A stretch of DNA of 64,000 bases, taken from the IMG/VR virus record IMGVR_UViG_3300028534_000025, positions 6,426 to 70,425 of that record. One strand, written 5' to 3'. This stretch comes from a virus. This document shows, piece by piece, positions 60,162-64,000 of this stretch; the first letter of the stretch is position 1; each line of letters opens with the position of its first letter. A program made the translations under genes and the position numbers. The notes under the pieces were generated by a model. That model ran no database searches. It was not told where the DNA came from and saw nothing but the letters and a program-made list of their open reading frames with translations.

Positions 60162-61010
60162 ATGAAACTTAATACAGAATTACAAGCATTACTTTTAAAC
60201 AGAAAACCACAATTAATTGAACATTTCTTCTCACTTGAGGGTGAAGGAGCTACAGTAGGTAGAAGTGCATTATTTATTAGAACAAACCAATGTAACTTAA
60301 AATGTTCATTTTGTGATACATCGTATAGCATTAAAGGTGATGCAGATCAATTACATCCTGATATGACATCAGAGAGCTATACAAATTATTTAATTGAAAA
60401 TTATTCAGAAGATATTAGAGAACACACACATAGTTTAAGTATTACTGGAGGTGAACCTCTTCTGAATTTAGATTATTTAAAAGAAATAATTGAAAGAACA
60501 ATGAAAGCTTTTCCAGCAATAAAAAATATTATAATTGAGACAAATGGTATATTATTACAACATAGAGAAATATGTTTAAAACTAGTAGAACAAGTTGGAA
60601 AATTTGTACCAAATGTTAAATTTATATTATCTATTTCTCCTAAACTTTCAGGTAAAGTTTCACATTCTGATAAATTAACTGATGATATGGTGTTAGAACA
60701 ATATAAAAAAGTAATTATTAATTATAAATGGTTATTAGATGCTCATTTTGATATACAATTAAAAGTTGTACATTCAGATGAATTAAAAATTCAAAATGAA
60801 CCTTTAATTAGATTTGCTCTTGGTAAAACTAAAGAAATTAATGACACATTAAGACATGATCAAATTTTAGTAATGCCTTTTACACCACCACATCCAATAG
60901 ATAGAGATAAAGAATTATGGGAAGAATCAAAAGATAATGCAGCAAAATATGCTATGAAATATCATTTTAGATATAGTCCAAGAATTCATATTGATAGAAG
61001 ATTGGATTAA
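60162..61010 (+). CDS. queE: 7-carboxy-7-deazaguanine synthase (radical SAM)
   Basis: FFSLEGEG..GR..LFIR..CNLKCSFCDT, ITGGEP, IETNG, ISPK, SPRIH. Confidence 0.92.
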   Translation: MKLNTELQALLLNRKPQLIEHFFSLEGEGATVGRSALFIRTNQCNLKCSFCDTSYSIKGDADQLHPDMTSESYTNYLIENYSEDIREHTHSLSITGGEPLLNLDYLKEIIERTMKAFPAIKNIIIETNGILLQHREICLKLVEQVGKFVPNVKFILSISPKLSGKVSHSDKLTDDMVLEQYKKVIINYKWLLDAHFDIQLKVVHSDELKIQNEPLIRFALGKTKEINDTLRHDQILVMPFTPPHPIDRDKELWEESKDNAAKYAMKYHFRYSPRIHIDRRLD

Positions 61011-61027
61011 ACTTTTAAGGAGTTACA

Positions 61028-62689
61028 ATGATTAGACAAAATTCAAGAATTCAAAAAGAATATTCTTTAATTATAAATGTTATTAAAGATGGTTATTCAT
61101 TTGAAGTTAATTTAACCCAAATCAACTTCTTTAATATTAATAAATTTTCAGAATTTTTAAATTATAATTTATATGATTTAAATTTATTAAATATTCCGAA
61201 AGACTTTAGATATTTATTAGAAGACAATACAATATCTATTAATATAACAATATCTGAAAATAATAAAATAATAATGAGTAATTCATTTGAAGTTTTAAAT
61301 TTAGATGAATTAAATTTTAAAAATGGTTTATATAATATTCATATTATATTAATTGATAAAAATATTAGAATATTAAAAGATTCTATATTATTTGCTGGAT
61401 ATAAATTAAATACTGATACAAATATGAGTCAATATAGAAAATCATATGATGTTTTTGCAGAACTGATTGAAGAAATGAAAGACAAAGTTCCTTTTAAAAT
61501 GAAAACACATATACAAAATTCAGGATTAAATCCATATTTATATAGTTCAATTAGATTACCATTACATTTAACTGATTTGAGTCTTTTTGATTATTTTATA
61601 GAACATTATAATCCATATGCAACTAAACCATATATAATATTAGATGATATGTATAGAGATGATGGAACGAGTGATGGAATAATTACTGCTTCTACTACAG
61701 GTAAAAAAATATCTAACAGTAGTGAGTATACAGATTATAAAACAAAAGAACAGATAATGAAAGAGATTAAAGATGGAAGAGATCCGTCTTTAAAATATGA
61801 TTCAGAATGGGGAGTTGTTATATATGCTTCTGATTTAATTAAAACACCTGATGATCCATATGGCTTAAAAAGAATTAAAGCAGAACAAGATAGACAAGCT
61901 AGAATAAAATATGGTGAAAAATATATTGATGATTATGCTGAATTTTTAAGTGAAAAAGCTAAAGAAAAAAATCTTAATGAATTTGATGCATTAGTTATGA
62001 ATGATTTAGTTCAAGAATATCCTTTAAAAGAATTTAGAGAGAATGTTCCATTAGAAGGTGTTAATATAAATAATGTTAACGCAGAGGTAAATGATAATGG
62101 ATTATTAGTATTTGATAATTCATATACTTCTTCAGATAATACTAACCGAGTTTTACAAAATAATGATAATATTACAAATTATCATTTAATTGTTTCAAAT
62201 TTACATGATTTTAAATCAATGCATCATGTAAATATTAATAATGATGATTCATTTATTAGAAATAGTATTGAATTTATTGATTCAAAATTATTAATAGATA
62301 AACAAGAAATATATACATTGACAAATAGTATATTAATCTTAACAAACCCTGAGACAAATAAACAATATCAATCATCTCCAAAAATTATTAAAGAAGATAT
62401 GGCAAAACATATGAATATAACTACAGATGTTGATAGTTATTTAAAAACATTACAATCGAAAAAATTTTTAAGTGATAATAATACTCGTAAAATTAAATTA
62501 TTATTTAAAGATCTAAATTTTGAAAGTATACAATTGGGTAAAATTTATAATATTTTAAATAAAAATATATATCAAGATTTACCCATAAATATAAAATATA
62601 CTTTTCAAAATACGTTTAATGAATTTAACTTATTTGATATAACTACAGAGATTGAAGTGATTAATGGTCCAGAAACAATATTAATTTAA
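61028..62689 (+). CDS. large hypothetical protein
   Basis: 553 aa ORF, AAGGAG RBS. Confidence 0.7.
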   Translation: MIRQNSRIQKEYSLIINVIKDGYSFEVNLTQINFFNINKFSEFLNYNLYDLNLLNIPKDFRYLLEDNTISINITISENNKIIMSNSFEVLNLDELNFKNGLYNIHIILIDKNIRILKDSILFAGYKLNTDTNMSQYRKSYDVFAELIEEMKDKVPFKMKTHIQNSGLNPYLYSSIRLPLHLTDLSLFDYFIEHYNPYATKPYIILDDMYRDDGTSDGIITASTTGKKISNSSEYTDYKTKEQIMKEIKDGRDPSLKYDSEWGVVIYASDLIKTPDDPYGLKRIKAEQDRQARIKYGEKYIDDYAEFLSEKAKEKNLNEFDALVMNDLVQEYPLKEFRENVPLEGVNINNVNAEVNDNGLLVFDNSYTSSDNTNRVLQNNDNITNYHLIVSNLHDFKSMHHVNINNDDSFIRNSIEFIDSKLLIDKQEIYTLTNSILILTNPETNKQYQSSPKIIKEDMAKHMNITTDVDSYLKTLQSKKFLSDNNTRKIKLLFKDLNFESIQLGKIYNILNKNIYQDLPINIKYTFQNTFNEFNLFDITTEIEVINGPETILI

Positions 62690-62698
62690 AGGAATAAT

Positions 62699-63241
62699 AT
62701 GATTAAAAAAGAACATTTAAAAATATTAAAGTATGGTTTATCATCTCATGGTAAAACAAACAATAATAAATTGAGAGAAAGTTTAAATATAAAAAAAGGA
62801 AATGCTTCTTTTCGTAATTTTATGAATGAAAAGAATGATGATTCATTAGAATATCCTGGTCAAGCTGTTATGAAAAATATAGCTGATACTATTGATTATG
62901 AATTTGTAGGAATTATGATACCTAAAGATAGTTCAAAAATTAAAGAAGACTTAGAAAATTTAATAAACACATTTTATCTAGAAGCTTCTAAAAAATTGGC
63001 TAATATTGCTTCTAATAATTTATATTCTAAAAAAGAGGAAATTGTTAGAGTTAAAAGAATTCCTATTGAACAAAAAATAAGTTCTAATTTTATAAAAAAT
63101 GCTATTATTAGTGATGATGAATATGATGTTTCTGAATTTATGGATGATGAACCACTACAAACAATGAAAGCTAGTGATATTACATATCACTCACAAGAAA
63201 TATCACCAGAATTAAATACTGATGATATTATTGTATTTTGA
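62699..63241 (+). CDS. hypothetical protein, possible N-terminal HTH and acidic tail
   Basis: 180 aa ORF with RBS. Confidence 0.6.
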   Translation: MIKKEHLKILKYGLSSHGKTNNNKLRESLNIKKGNASFRNFMNEKNDDSLEYPGQAVMKNIADTIDYEFVGIMIPKDSSKIKEDLENLINTFYLEASKKLANIASNNLYSKKEEIVRVKRIPIEQKISSNFIKNAIISDDEYDVSEFMDDEPLQTMKASDITYHSQEISPELNTDDIIVF

Positions 63242-63305
63242 TTATTTTTAATAATTATTTTATTATAGAAATAATAGCTATATATACAAATTTAAAAGGA
63301 CAAAT

Positions 63306-64000
63306 ATGAATTATGTAAGCGTAACTTCTCCTGGAAGTGATATGAGTCAACCTATATTTAATTATTTTGATGATTATTTAATTTCATTAGGTGAACCAAC
63401 AACATCTCCTGGTTGGAGTTTAAGAATACTTCAAAATCATATGAATAAAATTATAAGAGAAAAACCAATAGAAAGTAATCTTTATATAGATTCTGGTGGG
63501 TTTCAAATTATTGTTGATGATATTCCTGAAGGTAGAATACAAGAATATATTGATTGTTATCATAAAATTTGTGAAGCAAATTTAAATGATATTGACAAAA
63601 TATTCTCTTTAGATATTTATAATAGAAATTTATCTGGTGATGAAATATATAAATATAATATTAATTCAATAAAACAATCTATTAATTTGATTAAAAATAA
63701 ACCTAGTTTTGCAGATAAACAATTATTTGTATTACAAACTTCAAATAAATATTCTTTTGCTAATTGGGAAAAGATGATGAAAGAAGTTCAAGTTGAAAAT
63801 TATTATAAAAATTGGTCAATTGGAGGTTTAGTTGGTTTAAAGAAAACTACTAATGCTAAATTTAGTCATGCTGTTCCTGCAACATTATGGTTATTAACTT
63901 ATCAAAAAAAATATAATGCAACAATAAATCAAATACATTGGTTAGGACAATCATCAAGATTAAGTTTTTTATCTATGAGATTATTTGAAAAATTATATAA
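63306..64000 (+). CDS. dpdA: DpdA/TGT-family deazaguanine transglycosylase, truncated by window end (not in ORF track)
   Basis: my translation: MNYVSVTSPG...LYIDSGGFQI...FSLDI...FVLQ...WSIGGLVG...IHWLG; open to 64000; AAGGA RBS. Confidence 0.75.
   Translation, partial: MNYVSVTSPGSDMSQPIFNYFDDYLISLGEPTTSPGWSLRILQNHMNKIIREKPIESNLYIDSGGFQIIVDDIPEGRIQEYIDCYHKICEANLNDIDKIFSLDIYNRNLSGDEIYKYNINSIKQSINLIKNKPSFADKQLFVLQTSNKYSFANWEKMMKEVQVENYYKNWSIGGLVGLKKTTNAKFSHAVPATLWLLTYQKKYNATINQIHWLGQSSRLSFLSMRLFEKLY

Noticed and set aside
1244..60331. Short minus-strand ORFs and nested plus-strand ORFs (14436, 24147) in the ORF track
   Set aside because: All overlap well-supported plus-strand genes and have the F/I/L/S-rich composition of antisense or off-frame shadows
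1..64000. Alternative genetic code, tRNA or rRNA genes
   Set aside because: Long conserved genes are intact in the standard code and coding density is high; no cloverleaf-like or GC-rich structured segment was seen

Overview
A 64-kb segment of a very AT-rich, gene-dense large (jumbo-type) dsDNA phage genome. Essentially all real genes lie on the + strand, use the standard code, have AGGA/AAGGA Shine-Dalgarno sites and often overlap at stop/start. It is a transcription, replication and nucleotide-metabolism region; I recognise no virion genes, tRNA, rRNA or CRISPR array. It encodes: (i) a multisubunit RNA polymerase with an unsplit beta'-like gene and a beta-like subunit split over two genes; (ii) type II topoisomerase A and B subunits, ATP-dependent ligase, RecJ and ThyX; (iii) a fragmented family-B DNA polymerase whose motif C (YADTD|S) must be rebuilt by a naturally split intein; (iv) a dispersed 7-deazaguanine DNA-modification set (FolE, QueE, QueC, Gat-QueC fusion and a DpdA/TGT-like gene cut by the window end); and (v) free-standing homing-endonuclease-like genes. 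Two non-coding motif families stand out: helically phased 16-bp palindromes (GGATTA-AAAA-TAATCC) and a promoter-like TATTTC-TATRNT motif. From memory, ThyX and FolE resemble Campylobacterota-type enzymes, which hints at the host (inference only). All assignments come from motif reading by eye; no searches were run.
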